Shown: one piece after another, positions 39,101-52,129 of the stretch
Layout: every line of letters begins with the position of its first letter
How positions within the stretch are numbered: the stretch's first letter is position 1
Assembly (NCBI GenBank): GCA_050084515.1
Contig: CM114271.1
Coordinates: 43,152,001-43,216,000, forward strand
Length of the DNA: 64,000 nt
Direction of reading: 5' to 3'
DNA from: Blasia pusilla
Lineage: Eukaryota
Translations under genes and position numbers: made by a program
The notes under the pieces: generated by a model
Database searches by the model: none
The model's input: the letters and a program-made list of their open reading frames with translations, nothing else
What the model was told of the DNA's origin: nothing

Positions 39101-41171
39101 TAATGCCATTGTTCTCATTTTACCACAAAGGTCAGCATGAATCAGCTCCGGCGGAGCCTTTGCTCTATTGCTGGACTCTTGTGGAAATGGTTGTTGGTGT
39201 TGCTTGCCCATCATACAAAGCTTCACATGTATCTGAAACTCCAGAAATTGTTGGTAAATCAACAACCATGCCAGATTTCTGCATCTGACTTAGTAAGGGA
39301 AAGCTTAGGTGACCAAATCTTTCATGCGACAACTTGCTGCTACTAAGATCTGTACCAACACTTGTTGTGAAAGCATACAACTCGTAGATATTTGCACGTC
39401 ATATACCTTCACCCACTACTTTTCCATTGACATCCTCAATGACTACTCCAATTTTCTTGAAACAAACTTCTAGGTCACGATCACATAATACTGCTACTGA
39501 AATCAAATTACGCTTCAACTTTGATACGTACAATACATCAATTAACTTCTTTTCATCTCCTTTTTGTGAGACTAAAGAAATTGTGCCTTTCCCTTCTATA
39601 GGGCACTTTGCATTATTTCCAACAGTAACAACGATGGGCTCTTGTAGAGGCTGTAAGGAGCTATACCAATCCTTATGATTGGTCATATGCCTAGATGCTT
39701 CACTATCGAGCACCCATGCATCTTCACTCTTTGACTTAGTGGAATGCTCTGCCTGTGTGCAAAACTCTCCGATTGCTATCCAAGTATCTACTTCATATTC
39801 TCCTAGTTCTACAAAATTTCCAGACTCCTTCTTAGGTCTTAAACAACCGTTCTTCTTATCCTGACTCCTCTTTCTATAATCTTTGATAAGATGACTTAGC
39901 TTACCACAATAAAAGCATTTGAAGGCTTTCCTTGGAAATTTCTTCTTGATATTTGAACTGTAATCCTGATTTCTACCTCTCTGTACGTTGGCAGTAAATG
40001 CTACATCACTTTCCTCTCTTGGTTTGAAGCGCATTTCCTCTTCTACCAACATTGCATAAAATTGTTCAAAAGTAAGCGGCGTGGGTCTTACTTGAATATT
40101 CAATGCAATGACCAAACTATCATACCTTGGAGGAAAAATCCTTATGCATCGACGTGCCAAATCTTCGCTAGACTTTGAAATTCCTATGGACGCCATATGA
40201 TCTTGAAGATTCTTGATCCTTGTCAAAAATTGCTCTGCGCTTTCTCCTTCTGAAAATTTCTCGGACGTAAGCTAATTCTCCAAATTTTGAATCCGAGTCT
40301 CATTCCTCGTTTCATATTGATTCTTTAGAATATTCCATGCCTCAACAATAGTGGTTGTATGTTGAATGAGAGTCATGACAGAATCAGTTACATTTGTGAC
40401 AATGGCATGTAGAGCATCAACGTTTCTGTGTTTCCATGGCAGCAATATAATAGGATTCATATCACCAGATGAAGATGAAGATGCAAAACTCAAAGTAGCT
40501 TGTGGATTCGAATCGACCCCTGTGGCCGTCTCCCACATCTCAATTGATTCGAGGACAGTTCTCATTTTGAACTTACACAATGTATAGTTAGACCCATCTA
40601 ACTTCCCTTCACCCAGTGGAGGAGGGAGAGCAAAAACTGACGAAGAAGTAGCCATCTCTCAAGATTTTGTGCAAACACTCTAGATCGCCAGATATAAAAT
40701 ACTGGAAAACCTACTGCTCTGATACCATGTGAGAAAACAAAAAGTGACGAGATCATTGAAATCTTTACAAAACTTAGAGATACTAAATGGCCTAGTCCGT
40801 CTGTGCGCTCACACAAGAGCTTTGATGGAACCTAAACATGGAGATAACTCGACATACGAGAATGCGCTACCGCTACGGCTCCCGGCTATTTCACTACTCG
40901 GGAAACTAGGGTTTTCTTACCTATTTTTCTTCATTTCTATTAATAGAAAAATTTCTAGGATTATCTAATCCTATATTGCATAAGGGTGCCCTGCACCTTG
41001 ACGCAATATAGGGTTAGATAATCCTAGTAACGCTACTCCATAAACCACCTACGTCATATTATTATGACTCCTTCGACGTCTAAATCGAAACCATCAATCT
41101 AGGCTTCTCCTCATACAAGGAGGCCGATCAGATTTATGATGCTCAGAGAAGTGGATGTTGAGAATCCAACA
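36185..41171 (-). mobile_element. Structurally complete but decayed Ty1/Copia element (5' LTR 40728-41171, 3' LTR ~36185-36610)
   Basis: PBS TGGTATCAGAGC 40727-40716, PPT TTGAGGGGGGG 36621-36611. gag (KLDGSNY, CFYCGK), protease (LDSEASRHMT), integrase, RT (ILYVDDLII) and RNase H (ALSSTEAEY, HARTKHIE), with many stops and frameshifts. Confidence 0.96.
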
Positions 41172-41199
41172 TGATGGAGGAACCCATTGAAAGTACAAA

Positions 41200-42800
41200 A
41201 GAGGGGGACTCAAAAAATCAAGTACATGAGAGCCACATGCATGTGACTAGGAAAGAGAAAAGGATACGCTCCCCCCTATAAGCTAAACTCCATAGAATAC
41301 CAGCTATGCCTAGAGAAACATGACTACAACTAAGAGGGCCTCTAGCACCAACGTCTCCCATAGCTAGAGCACGTATATGAAAAGCCAATTAGCTTGGGCA
41401 CGTTGCAAAGCTATGGAGACTCGTTGCCTAAAGTAATGAATCATAGTAGCGAAAGAAACTCATTTCTCGACTGGAGATGATGACCGTAATCTATAAAGAA
41501 TGGGTCAAATGTCTCCCCTATAGCCTCATAAATTTGTATGACAAGGGGGATGAATCGATATTTGTCTTACAGTCGACAGTAGAGATGGGTCTTCTTCACC
41601 GTTGCTACCGTTACTCCTTGTAGGAATCTCCTTTGTGCCACCACATGAGTTTGCATAGACTCTTGTGTAGGATCCGTCACTACAACATTTGCTACCACCA
41701 CCTTAGCCTCATGAATCATATAAAGATCAACATGAATAAGAGAATCCCACATGAAATAGTGCTGCACTCTTTGCATGTGGAAGCCACTCTTGCGAGCAAT
41801 ATAGAACATGATATCTCACAAAATATCATGAGTGACAATCCTAGGCCTCTCACCCCCAACTAGACAATGTACCAAATGCACACCTAGAGGATCCACACTC
41901 CAAAAACTCTCATAGTGCGCCAAACCAACTACCGATGTTCGGAGAAGGCCTAGTTGGAACTGCATTGCTATGGTATAGGTAAGTGTTGAGATACAAAAAG
42001 CTAAATTGAGGGGGAAAACTCCCCACTTATGAGCGTGCTCCCTTAGTGGAGTAAGAGAAAATACGTGCCTGAATCTCCAAGGGAATTTCCCTATTTGACA
42101 TAATGCCTCTAAGAACTTCCTCAAAGTGGACTTCAATCAAAGAAGATTAGAGTCCAAACATACTAGAGATAACTAAAGAGGAGAAAGTGGAGAGAAAGAC
42201 TTTGGCCTCAACTAGAAGGGAATCTCTACATCCTTGAAGGGAAGATTATAGTGGGAAAAGGAAATCTTCAACTTGGGATACACAGTGTAGGAGGAATGGT
42301 CTACCCTAGCCATAAATCTAGAGCAAGGAATCGGGGCTCCAATAGCCCAACTCCCTAAAAAAGCCGAGGGTGCCACTAACTCAATTAAGAGAAGACCTAC
42401 TCCACCAGAGGAAACTGGCCAAGAAGGCTGTGTGTGAGCTGACTCCCTCATAGGGCACTCTAAAGAATTGGATCCTAAGAGTTCCCCAAACATATATAGG
42501 GTCTTCGTACCAAAGGATCTACAGAGGATAGAAAGATGACTAGACATCTAGACAATTCTAGTGAGATAACTACAATGTCGAGCCAAACAAGAGGAGATAA
42601 TGCCAAAGGCAACTTAACCAATCCTCATGAGATCATTGGGGTGGAGTAGATCCTTGGTAAGAGCCATTGAGATGAAACTCAAGACAAAGTCGTGGCTCCT
42701 AAGTGGGACTGCCAAGACATGAAGCCCACTAGTAGGTGTCATATATCCATCAAGCAAATAAAAGCCACATGCAAAAGCTATAAAGTCGACCGTTGGGGAA
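41200..42800 (-). mobile_element. Degenerate CRE-like non-LTR retrotransposon, C-terminal part (thumb, zinc knuckle, restriction-like endonuclease)
   Basis: PVSSGGVGL..APSAFLGSWA, SVDPLGVHLVHCLVGGER..HDIL, VVANVVVTDPT, KK..Y..RFIPLVIQIY. Confidence 0.75.
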
Positions 42801-44285
42801 GGATGTAGCCTCTAAAGGGCATCAATAGTAATAGCTAATGGAGATACCATGCCCATCAAGCCAAGAGGGCGAGCGACTAGCGAGTACTCTTAGGCTCGTC
42901 CAAGTGTCCTAAATCATGGCAACGTGGCTGCTACAAATCATCTGGGGAAAACAAAGTAAAGTGCTACCTCTAGCGTATGTCACGAACTTGTTGTGTAGAG
43001 ACTCCCAATCATCCCCTTGCAAACCCCCTAAAAAATACCTCAATCAGGCCACAACCTCTTTATGGCGAAGCCATATCAAAGTAGATAGAAAAAAGGGTCT
43101 ATCTAAGGAGAGAATGGCATGATAGAGACAACACTAAATCAACCATGGATAAAAAATAAAAAATTAGATGTCTAAGGGGGAAGGGTGTACACAAAGAAGG
43201 GAGAGGAGGGGGGAGGGAGGGGGTTCGGGATGATTTGGATGAAAAAAATAAGTAACATGGAGAGCATTCATTCATAAGACAAACCCTAATAAGATCAAGG
43301 ATCTAGAAAATACAAAAAAAATAAAAAATACTTCACTGTAAGAATCATGGTGCATATCAAAACAAAGAGCATGCCAAGCACTTCATTTCAGTATATGCTA
43401 TGACATGACATGACATCTTACCTCTCCTAGATTGCCTCCCTTCTTTTGGCCGCGCTTGTCCGTCATTCTAGTCTTCCATCCGCCACTTCACGCCCATCCA
43501 TTGTCCAAGGGAAAAACACAAGATACGAGAGACTAAGTGCCGACTAGTATTGTCAACATTGTCAACTGCCCGTTGTGAGAACTCTCTTAAATTTGGTGAA
43601 GGATATGGTGAATTTTTGAATGTTGAACAAGTGTGTGTAGACCAAGCAACTTAAAGTATGTGCTCCACTGAAAGTTCAATATTCAAGAATGAACAAGATA
43701 ACCAAGTGCAAAAATGTGCAGTAGAAGTGTAATGTTCTATTGCACTAGAATAGACTAGTTCTAGAGTGAGACCCCTAATGTTCACTCTCAATAGGAATCT
43801 ATATCTTTAGAAAACTTGACATAGTCATGGTTGTATTGCAATTTTGATGTGGAGGCAAGCATGAAATTGAGGCATTATGAAAATTTAAACCTTGTATTTT
43901 GATAATGGATTGTATGTAGCTATGGAATCATAGAGGGTTGGATTCCTATATGTTAGATAGATTCAAAAAGTATCGTAGAGCTAGAAAATAAAAAGGTGAT
44001 AACGCATTAGCATAGGCGTACGAAGCCTCCGAGAAGTCCCGAAAAATGCGAAGAAGACATCATCATCGGCGAGGCTCTTTGCACACAAGCTCTTCCTCAA
44101 AGGAGGAAGCGTCCCAAGAGGACGACATTGATAAGTCATTGAATCTGAATTATATACACTTAATAACAACTATTACAAGATAAACGACATCTTGACCTCT
44201 CTTTCCATATAATCATGATCCTCTTGGGGATCAAACTCACTAAATTACTGTAAAAAGATCAATTCTTATACCTCTTTTACATTAC

Positions 44286-44855
44286 AAGGTGTTATATTGA
44301 TGACATCGTAGTCTTTAGTGCCACGGTTGAGGAGCATGAGCGACATCTAGAGGAGGTGTTTTGACGATTGCAATTACATGGGCGCGCTGAAGCTACATCC
44401 TGACAATTGCAAGTTCTTCTACGACCAGATTGAGTACTTGGGTGATACGATATATCCAGGGGGCCTTGGTGTTCAGCAGACGAAGGTAGAGGCTATCTCA
44501 CGCATTCCACGCCCTAAAGATGTGATCCGTGTTCGCGCATTCATGGGATTGGCGAACTTCTATCGGCGGTACGTCAAGGGATTCAGTTCGATTGCGAAGC
44601 CGCTGACCTTGCTGACCAAGGTGGATCACGAGTGGCACTGGAGGGATGAGCAAGAGCAAGCATTTCAGGTGCTCAAGGAGAGGTTGGCGTCCATGCCAAT
44701 CTTGAGGAGACCGATCAGTGGGAGTCCTTTCCAGTTGCACACAGATTGGAGCATGTTGGGGCTTGGAGCGGTGCTCACCCAGCATGATGATGAGGGTAGA
44801 GAGTTCATGGTGGCTTACGCTAGGTGCTCGAACAACGCTGCAGAGGCGAAGTACA
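44286..44855 (+). mobile_element. Gypsy RT to RNase H fragment, relatively well preserved
   Basis: YIDDIVVFS, LKLHPDNCKFF, RAFMGLANFYRRYVKGFS, PFQLHTDWSMLGLGAVLTQ. Confidence 0.92.
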
Positions 44856-45160
44856 TGGTGGATAACAAATCATTTGGGATCCTATATATGTCATTATATG
44901 ATGAATTAGATAAAATTATAGAGCATGCTTCATCTTTAGTAAATTTTTTTTCATGGATGGTTCAAGTAGAATAGGGAAGAAACTTTTAAATAATCTTCTC
45001 CTTGCAAGTGACAGTAAGAATTGTATGAGGTATCGCTTTAGTTGTTCCATTATTTGGGCTAGTTGCTTCATTATTAGATGAAGGACGTAGAACACACTCA
45101 CATTTATGAATTTTGATGAAAGCTCTACTTGCAAGCTATGTGTTAATAAGGATGGAATAC

Positions 45161-45431
45161 CAAGGTTGTACAGAAATGGATAAGTCTGTCCACGGGACGG
45201 ATATGCCGCTGGGATACCCGCAGCCCGTATCTGCGCCCGTTGAGTCCCTAGTAGGCACCTGGGCTTGTGCGAGCCTGTCAAATCGGGGCCCAACCTACCA
45301 TATGCAGACCTTGCGTGGGCCACAAAACCGGTGCGGGCTCGACCAAGCAGGGTGCCTGCTACACGCTTGGCGGGTTTATATGCGGGTACCAAGACCCGCA
45401 TGGACATGGACTTTGTCTATGTGCAACCCTT
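45161..45431. mobile_element. hAT-type MITE (271 bp)
   Basis: TIRs CAAGGTTGTACA / TGTGCAACCCTT. 8-bp TSD TGGAATAC / TGGAATAT. CCCG and GCGGG subterminal motifs. Confidence 0.85.
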
Positions 45432-47289
45432 TGGAATATGTGTGATCCTAAAGGATTTGCTTATTATACGGGATGAGACACCTATGACTCATTGTCAAGC
45501 ATTTGAGGTTGTCAATTTTACTTTACATGATATCATGAGAGTGATTTCTCATGACATCAAGGATATACCATTTCTCATCATTTTTTGAGTGATTTTCTAC
45601 AACTCCTACTTGTTCGCCATGCGGATTTTCCAAGAATTATCCACGCCATTGTTTGGAGATCAGATGTATGATCCCATAATTAATTCCCATGTGAGGGTGA
45701 TGGAAGTTACTAGAAAATAAGTACGACAAACATGAGAGTTAAAAATTTTGGAAGGTAAGATATGTGTTCATTTAACAATTTTTTCTAATTGATTATTGAA
45801 GGTGGAAGAGAGCCAAACATTTATTTTACACATTACTTTTGGACATGATTTTTTTTGACTATTTTTTATTGAGTTAAGATAATAATTAAATGATCTTTTT
45901 GATACTATATGGGAATGATTTTAAAGGTTTCATGAGATAACTTTTTTGAAAGATACAATTATTCTCATATTGAGAAAGAGAGATATAAATGGCATAAAAC
46001 ACTAATTTCATGTAGTTATCTTTATGAGAGAATTTTTTTGAAATTTTTTTCTAACAAATATGTCTTCTATAGAAAATATACTTATGGTAATGGTCATTCC
46101 ACTCCAAATGCCATAATGAGTTATAATTTTCAAAAACATACTTGGCTTTCAAACTATTTCACATTATTTGTATTTGATGATAAATGAAATTAACATGCAT
46201 GTAACTACTAGGCCATAAATCATATTTTCGATATTTTATTTTATTTTTGAATAATTAATCCCATTTTTTGATATCCAAATTTTAATTCTCATGTGGTAAA
46301 ATTGATATCTATCTCGAAAATCATTAGTTAGATTTTTTCTTATCCTAGTAAATATCCAAAATTATTAATAGGATATTTAGTTATCCACTTGTCATTGATT
46401 GCGTTGTTAATATTACCAATTGTAACTCTTATTATTTAAGTTTTTCTCGACAAGGATTATCAATTAGTTATTTTTTCATCTCCAAATTAGCCGACTTTAC
46501 CATCTCAAATGTATTTCAATTTTTAAATAAAAGTTTCACACCTTCGATGGCCTCTGAAAATTATAAATTTTGAGAGTATATTTTTAGAGTCTATTAAGAA
46601 AAACCGCACAATAGTTAAGAAATAAATAGCATATAGAATCACTGATTACGAAAAGTTTCCCCTCCATCTATATTATTTTAGTTAACGGGATTATTTAGAA
46701 GCGGCTAGGCATTTTCAACTAATGTGATTATTTACCTACTTAACCATTAGGAAAATGCCATTTGAAAATTTTGAAATTTGGGAGATATTAAACCCTCTGG
46801 CTCATATTAGTTTTTATCAGAGCATGATTACATGAAATTCTTTTTCTTAAAGTATTTCATAGAAGTATCATGAAATCAGAAAAATGTTCGAAAGATTAAA
46901 AATTAATATTCTTCATGCAGTGGGCCGAGTTGATTTAAGCTCCCATCAGTAAAACATTCCTTCCCCATTTACGCAGTCTCTCCAAGATTTTGCAATAATC
47001 TTTAGATTTCAAAACTCTCGATTTCTCCGCTGAGCCTCATCGATTGTACTTCATAACGTCCATTTCTCGCATGTTTCGTGGAGATTGACATTACCATCCG
47101 TTTCCATGTCGTACGCTATTTTACTAGCAAGAACACCCCAAAAACGTCGGGATGAACGTCTTCACGTTTGTACCACGGCATGTGTAGGTCTACTGTCAGA
47201 ACTCGATAGGCTCAGTGATTTTGGTTTTTAACTGCCAAATCCGAAAGGGTTATCAAACGCATGTGCTTATGATACAGAGCAATACGGTA

Positions 47290-47331
47290 CTACGTCGATT
47301 ACTAGTAGATCTACGTCGATTACTAGTAGAT
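47290..47331. repeat. 21-bp tandem duplication
   Basis: CTACGTCGATTACTAGTAGAT x2. Confidence 0.9.
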
Positions 47332-48030
47332 CGACACGTAGCTTTTGGGTTTCAAGTTAGACATAGAACTGTTTCCGGAAGCATCTCCACTTTTGAACCA
47401 CAAGTCATGCGATTTAGCATTCATTTCGATGTCCGTGAGGATGGATACGCGCATATAGCATAGTCCAACTAGGAACACACGAAGATGTGATGACAACATA
47501 CATCTCCACGAAATAACCACCAACTGGCAGAGTTAAAAAAGGAAGATTTACATATTTTGTCCCAAGAGATACAAAATATACAAAACGCACGCTCCCGTTT
47601 TAACAGAAAGTTGAACCATCAGTTAGTAGTTCCAAAAACACATCAGTTAGTAATTCCAAACACAGAACAATCCGAAGAGATCTAAAATCCAGGTATCAAG
47701 CAACGAGTGCATAGGGAACTGCAGCCATCGACTGCTTTCCACTTGCGATATCCATTCCCTACGAGCCCAATCTCCCTACGCACCAGTATTTATAATTAGA
47801 GCTTGGAGCTGAGCGATGTGCCACTACCTACGTCCCAACGCTAACCACGTCCACATACTCTCCGTATCAGAAAATGGTTAGCATATATAGAAAAAACTGT
47901 CAACTTCGGAGCTTCTGGGGTTGTGACATCCTTCCGTATAGTTGTAAGGAACTGAACGAACCGATGTTGCAAACCACGACGCAGAACATACGCACGTAGA
48001 AAGAAAGCTCGATCATTCCTCCCCAAGTGC

Positions 48031-49653
48031 TCACGTTTCGTACTCATCGGTTCCGGCGGGAACAACCTCGGGGGAGGCGAAAATCCCGTCGTAGATAACA
48101 CCGGCGAGGGCACCTCCAATCAGGGGACCAACCCAATAGATCCAGTGATGTGACCATGACCAGTTCACAAGAGCCGGGCCGAAAGACCGAGCGGGGTTCA
48201 TAGAGGCGCCAGTAAATGGCACACCAATGAGATGGTTGGCAATGACGGTGAAACCGATCGCTAAGGGTGCAATAACTCCAACAGAAGCCTTCTTGGGGTC
48301 AACAGCAGTGGCATACACTACGAACACCAGCGCGAAGGTCAATACGATTTCAAGAATCAACCCTCCAATTACTGTCACTCCATATCCCAGAGTATGCGGT
48401 GGAACAGGCTGCAAAGAACACATATTAAGACTTCGTTAATTGAAGACGCGATTCGGACGCAGAAACGTATCAAACGTTGGCCGGGAAGCAAACTAACATG
48501 CACAACGTCTACTTGTAAAGTAGCTACAAGACATGCGGGAAGTAAGTAGGAAGTTAGCGCGCACCACGTCCAGTCGTAAAGCAACTAGAAAACGCATGCA
48601 GAACGTACTACTCAGCACATCTCCGAAACTAGATTTCATGATGCAAATGTGTATGACAGCATGAGAAGTAGAATGTAATTACCTGATGTCCGACGATGAC
48701 GAGTTTGAGCAGACCAGCGGCGAGAATTGCACCTAATATTTGTCCGATCCAGTAGATGAGCCCTCGGAGAACTGTGATTTGACCTCCGACCAAGAGGCCG
48801 AATGTAATCGCAGGATTGACATGACCTCCCGAGAGGTTCGCAGTGGCTGCCACGGTGATGACAATAGCTAGACCATTGGCAAGAGCGATCGCAACCAAGC
48901 CAGCTGCCGTCAAGTCACCCGCCGGATTGATCTTATCTACAGGGATAAAATTATTCCAACAAATTTAGATCGTATTACGTACCGACTCAGTTCACTCGTA
49001 TTATACCTCACGTTGCACAGCTCTAGATCTGGAACGTGGACACAATTTTAATTCGGCGACAGTGCGACTGCTGACTACAGCTCTGTCTGCGTCCAGATTA
49101 TCTTGAAGGAAGACTCGAAATGATTGCCGCTGATGAAGAAAGCTTTGTCCATAGACATATCTACTAAACATCGACAGGCTAAGCGATGGATATTAATCGG
49201 TTAGATTACGAAATAATCATCCAAAAGAATCAGCGAAATCCTTTGTAGAAGTTGTGAAGAGCTTCTGATGAAGCCATGATATCGTAGATCTCCCAGTAAC
49301 CGATAGTTCCCACAGATTTGAATATCTTAATGGGATGGCAAACGCTAAAACGCGAAGCAGGTTGAAAATCCCTGGGACGTAACATTTTTCACACATGCAC
49401 GAATCTGATTTACGCGTACATAATACTCTACCGGCCTACCACCATCAGATGCAGGACAATGATAAGCAAAAGAAACCCTCGCAATACTATTTAATATTTC
49501 ACAGATGTCCAAGTCCTTACTGAAAGCGGAAACTGATCCAACACCGATGAACACGAAAAGAAAGGTCGCTATGAACTCGGCGAATCCTGCTTTGAGGGCA
49601 TCAGGAGCTGTGGCTTCCTGACGCCGACCCAAAGCGACCTTGCCGATAGCCAT
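48031..49653 (-). CDS. TIP: Aquaporin, tonoplast intrinsic protein (TIP)-type MIP, 3 exons, 254 aa, intact
   Basis: Exons 49653-49521, 48936-48683 and 48408-48031 (GT-AG, 765 nt). [57 protein letters not shown]. Confidence 0.95.
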
Positions 49654-49794
49654 GGCTCTGCAAAGTCTCTTCGATCGCGCTCCGTACTGTACCTCTTCAC
49701 CGAAATTCCCGAGCTCCTTTGCCTTTGGACAAACTCGTCCGTGGGTGTTGTGGATTCGTTCTACAGTGCAGTGCAGAATGAAGGCCAGTGATAG

Positions 49795-49965
49795 ATAATT
49801 TATTTAAGAGGGAACTTACGCTCCGTCCGTCTGCCACGGTGGCTCGCAAAAGTACACGCCCAGGCTTGGAAGCTGTGGAGAGTCACGTGGCGTCCGTGTC
49901 AACTGCATGGCATTTGCATTGGTAGTTAGCAGAGTGTCTTGACCAGTTATGGTCTCACGCGTGGG
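49795..49965 (-). promoter_or_regulatory. Putative TIP promoter with TATA-like element and ABRE/G-box-like cluster
   Basis: TTAAATAAAT on the minus strand at ~49798-49807, CACGTGGC 49884-49891, CCGTGTC 49894-49900, CACGCGTG ~49956-49963. Motif matches only. Confidence 0.45.
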
Positions 49966-50110
49966 ATATATCCGGACCCACAAACCTAGTGCGGGTAGAT
50001 AATCGCCACGCACCCAATACAAAGCTTTCGGGGGTCACTACCATAACCGATTCTTTTCTACCCTGGGCGGTCTCGCACCAAATTTTTTCTTAATTTTTTT
50101 AATATATATA

Positions 50111-50137
50111 CTAGGTTGTTCTCGTGTCATACACGAG
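50111..50137 (-). mobile_element. Helitron-like 3' terminus (5' end not located)
   Basis: Minus strand CTCGTGT-ATG-ACACGAG hairpin followed by AACAAC and CTAG|T. Confidence 0.55.
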
Positions 50138-50899
50138 TTAATCACGAGTACATCTTGCATACCTTTGTTCTAAATTGGAGTTAATGACGAGTACATCTTG
50201 CATACCTTGTTCTAAATTTGTTAGATGTTAGATGGGATTAATTCATTAGATGCTAGAGGTGTCACAATAGAAAGCCATCCCTCGTCGAGGAGAGGGCCAG
50301 AATAATTTATAATATCAACATATATACACAAAATCAAAGGAGTGAGTTTTTTCCATATTCTGCAACCATAATTTTGGGGAGGGAAATTAATACGTCACTA
50401 GATTAAAAATGCTAAACTTAATGGAAAGAGTCAAAATGATATTAAATGGGCTTACATCTTCATTCATATATATATATATATAAAATCTTATGGTTGAGAA
50501 AGTTAAAGGGAATAACTTGTATTATGGTCTCTACAATTGGAATCTAGTTAGCACCCTAATATGATATAGAACATGGTGGTAGGAGAAAGAGAATCACATA
50601 ATAAGGCCTACTAGTAGGCGCCATAATTAATGACATTAGCACGATTGCGACCATGCCCATTAGTCTATTTTAACCATTTGAAGAAATAAATTTCCATCAT
50701 AATGAACAAAAATGGGGAAAGTAAATTTCAAAAGTACCTTCAAGTCTTATTTATTTGCAAATAAAAAATATTTGGACAGTGAGAAAAAGTTGAGTGAAAG
50801 AAGAACTTATAAAAATTGTGGAAAACACTCAACACCATCCTTTGAGCCTCCCAAATAGTGTTTTCTTTTGTGAAATAGAAGTAGTTGTGCATGAACGTG

Positions 50900-51880
50900 A
50901 CCCTTCATCCAATCTCCTCGCCCAGTGATGGCGCTTTTGAATGTTGCTAGTGTCACCACCTCTCCTGATCAATCACACCTCTAATAAACCAAACTAGTAA
51001 CGAGTTAATGCATCTCCGGACTTCCATTATGGTCTACAAGAAGCCAACTCCTCCCAATAATCCAAGGTAAGTCCATTTGCATACAATACTACTCCACCAA
51101 CCAAGATACTATAGGACTCTATCTTGGTCACTATTACCTTGATCTGCACCATGGACTCATTAACCAAATGCTTAGGTCTAGGCCTCACCACAATCTCGTA
51201 TAGGAGGATACACTACGTCGTATTAGCTTTTGCTAGTGACATTTGAACGCGGAATGAGAATCGCTCCACACCGACTAAGTTAGGCCCAAACCCATACAAG
51301 ATGCTTTCCCTAGCAACAAAGGTTGTGTTTCAATAAGATACAAGTAGTTGGTTTCCGTGCGATGCACATATTAAAAGTATCGCATAATTTTGATTTACCA
51401 TTCATAATATATAATTGAATTCGAATAATTCTTTTGTCTTAAACATCATATGATCTTATTGGTTAGAAAGGACATATGCCAAGATAGTATAGGCTTGTGC
51501 CATGCCCGAGTCTAAATCAATTCCTAAAATACTAATTAGCTCTCAAAATTCTTGATTGTCTTTTAGATCAATCTGGAGCAATCTTATAGGTCAAGAAAGC
51601 AAGCGATCTTATTGGTTTAGAAAGCAAGCGATCCCATTGACTGAAAATGCCACGTGTCAAGAGAAAAGGAGGTTGCAAAGCAGAAAGGCACTCTCCCATA
51701 ATAATATAGATGTGGAGAATAAACTCTATCTCCAAGACTAACCAGGAGGAAGATGTCAACTTAATTGGTTGTCCAACAACACCACTTCAAGTGTAACCAT
51801 GGCCAGCTCTATAGCAGGTCTAATTGGAAACCTCGCAGGTTTGGTAGCCGCAAGAGTAGGTCCATGAACTCCTCCATAAC
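50900..51880 (-). mobile_element. Degenerate Gypsy protease-region fragment split by a Helitron
   Basis: GDRVYSPH|ILL..QPLLLGKASCMGLGL..IKVIVTKIESYSILVGGVVLY..LDYWEE..CRP*WKSGD reads across the Helitron. Confidence 0.55.
51341..51710 (-). mobile_element. Non-autonomous Helitron (370 bp)
   Basis: A|TCTATATTATTATGGGAGAGTGCC 5' end identical to the 32914 copy. GTGCATCGCACGG hairpin and CTTG|T end. Flanks rejoin as continuous Gypsy sequence. Confidence 0.78.
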
Positions 51881-52129
51881 TATTTGAGGTTCAATCAAAT
51901 ATTTGTTACCAAATATTCAATACGGAATTTTTCCAAGGAAATTTATGGAATATTTAAGTTTTCAATTTCCATATATTAGGTAAAAAAAATGGATGACATG
52001 TCAGCAATGGGATGTCTGACAGAAAATTTGCAAAGTTTTCAGAAAAAAGTACTAAATATTTAGTTTATACAAAACCTTGCAACTAGATCTTATAATGAGG
52101 CACTAACATGAACTCCATGTTGACATAAA

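Noticed and set aside
44860-45700. Possible FAR1/MuDR remnant around the MITE (KWYILDVMRNHSH..SHR)
   Set aside because: A single weak motif with many stops. Needs an HMM search.
50111-51710. One composite read-through Helitron from 51710 to 50111
   Set aside because: The flanks of 51341-51710 rejoin as continuous Gypsy protease sequence, so that copy is a discrete insertion.
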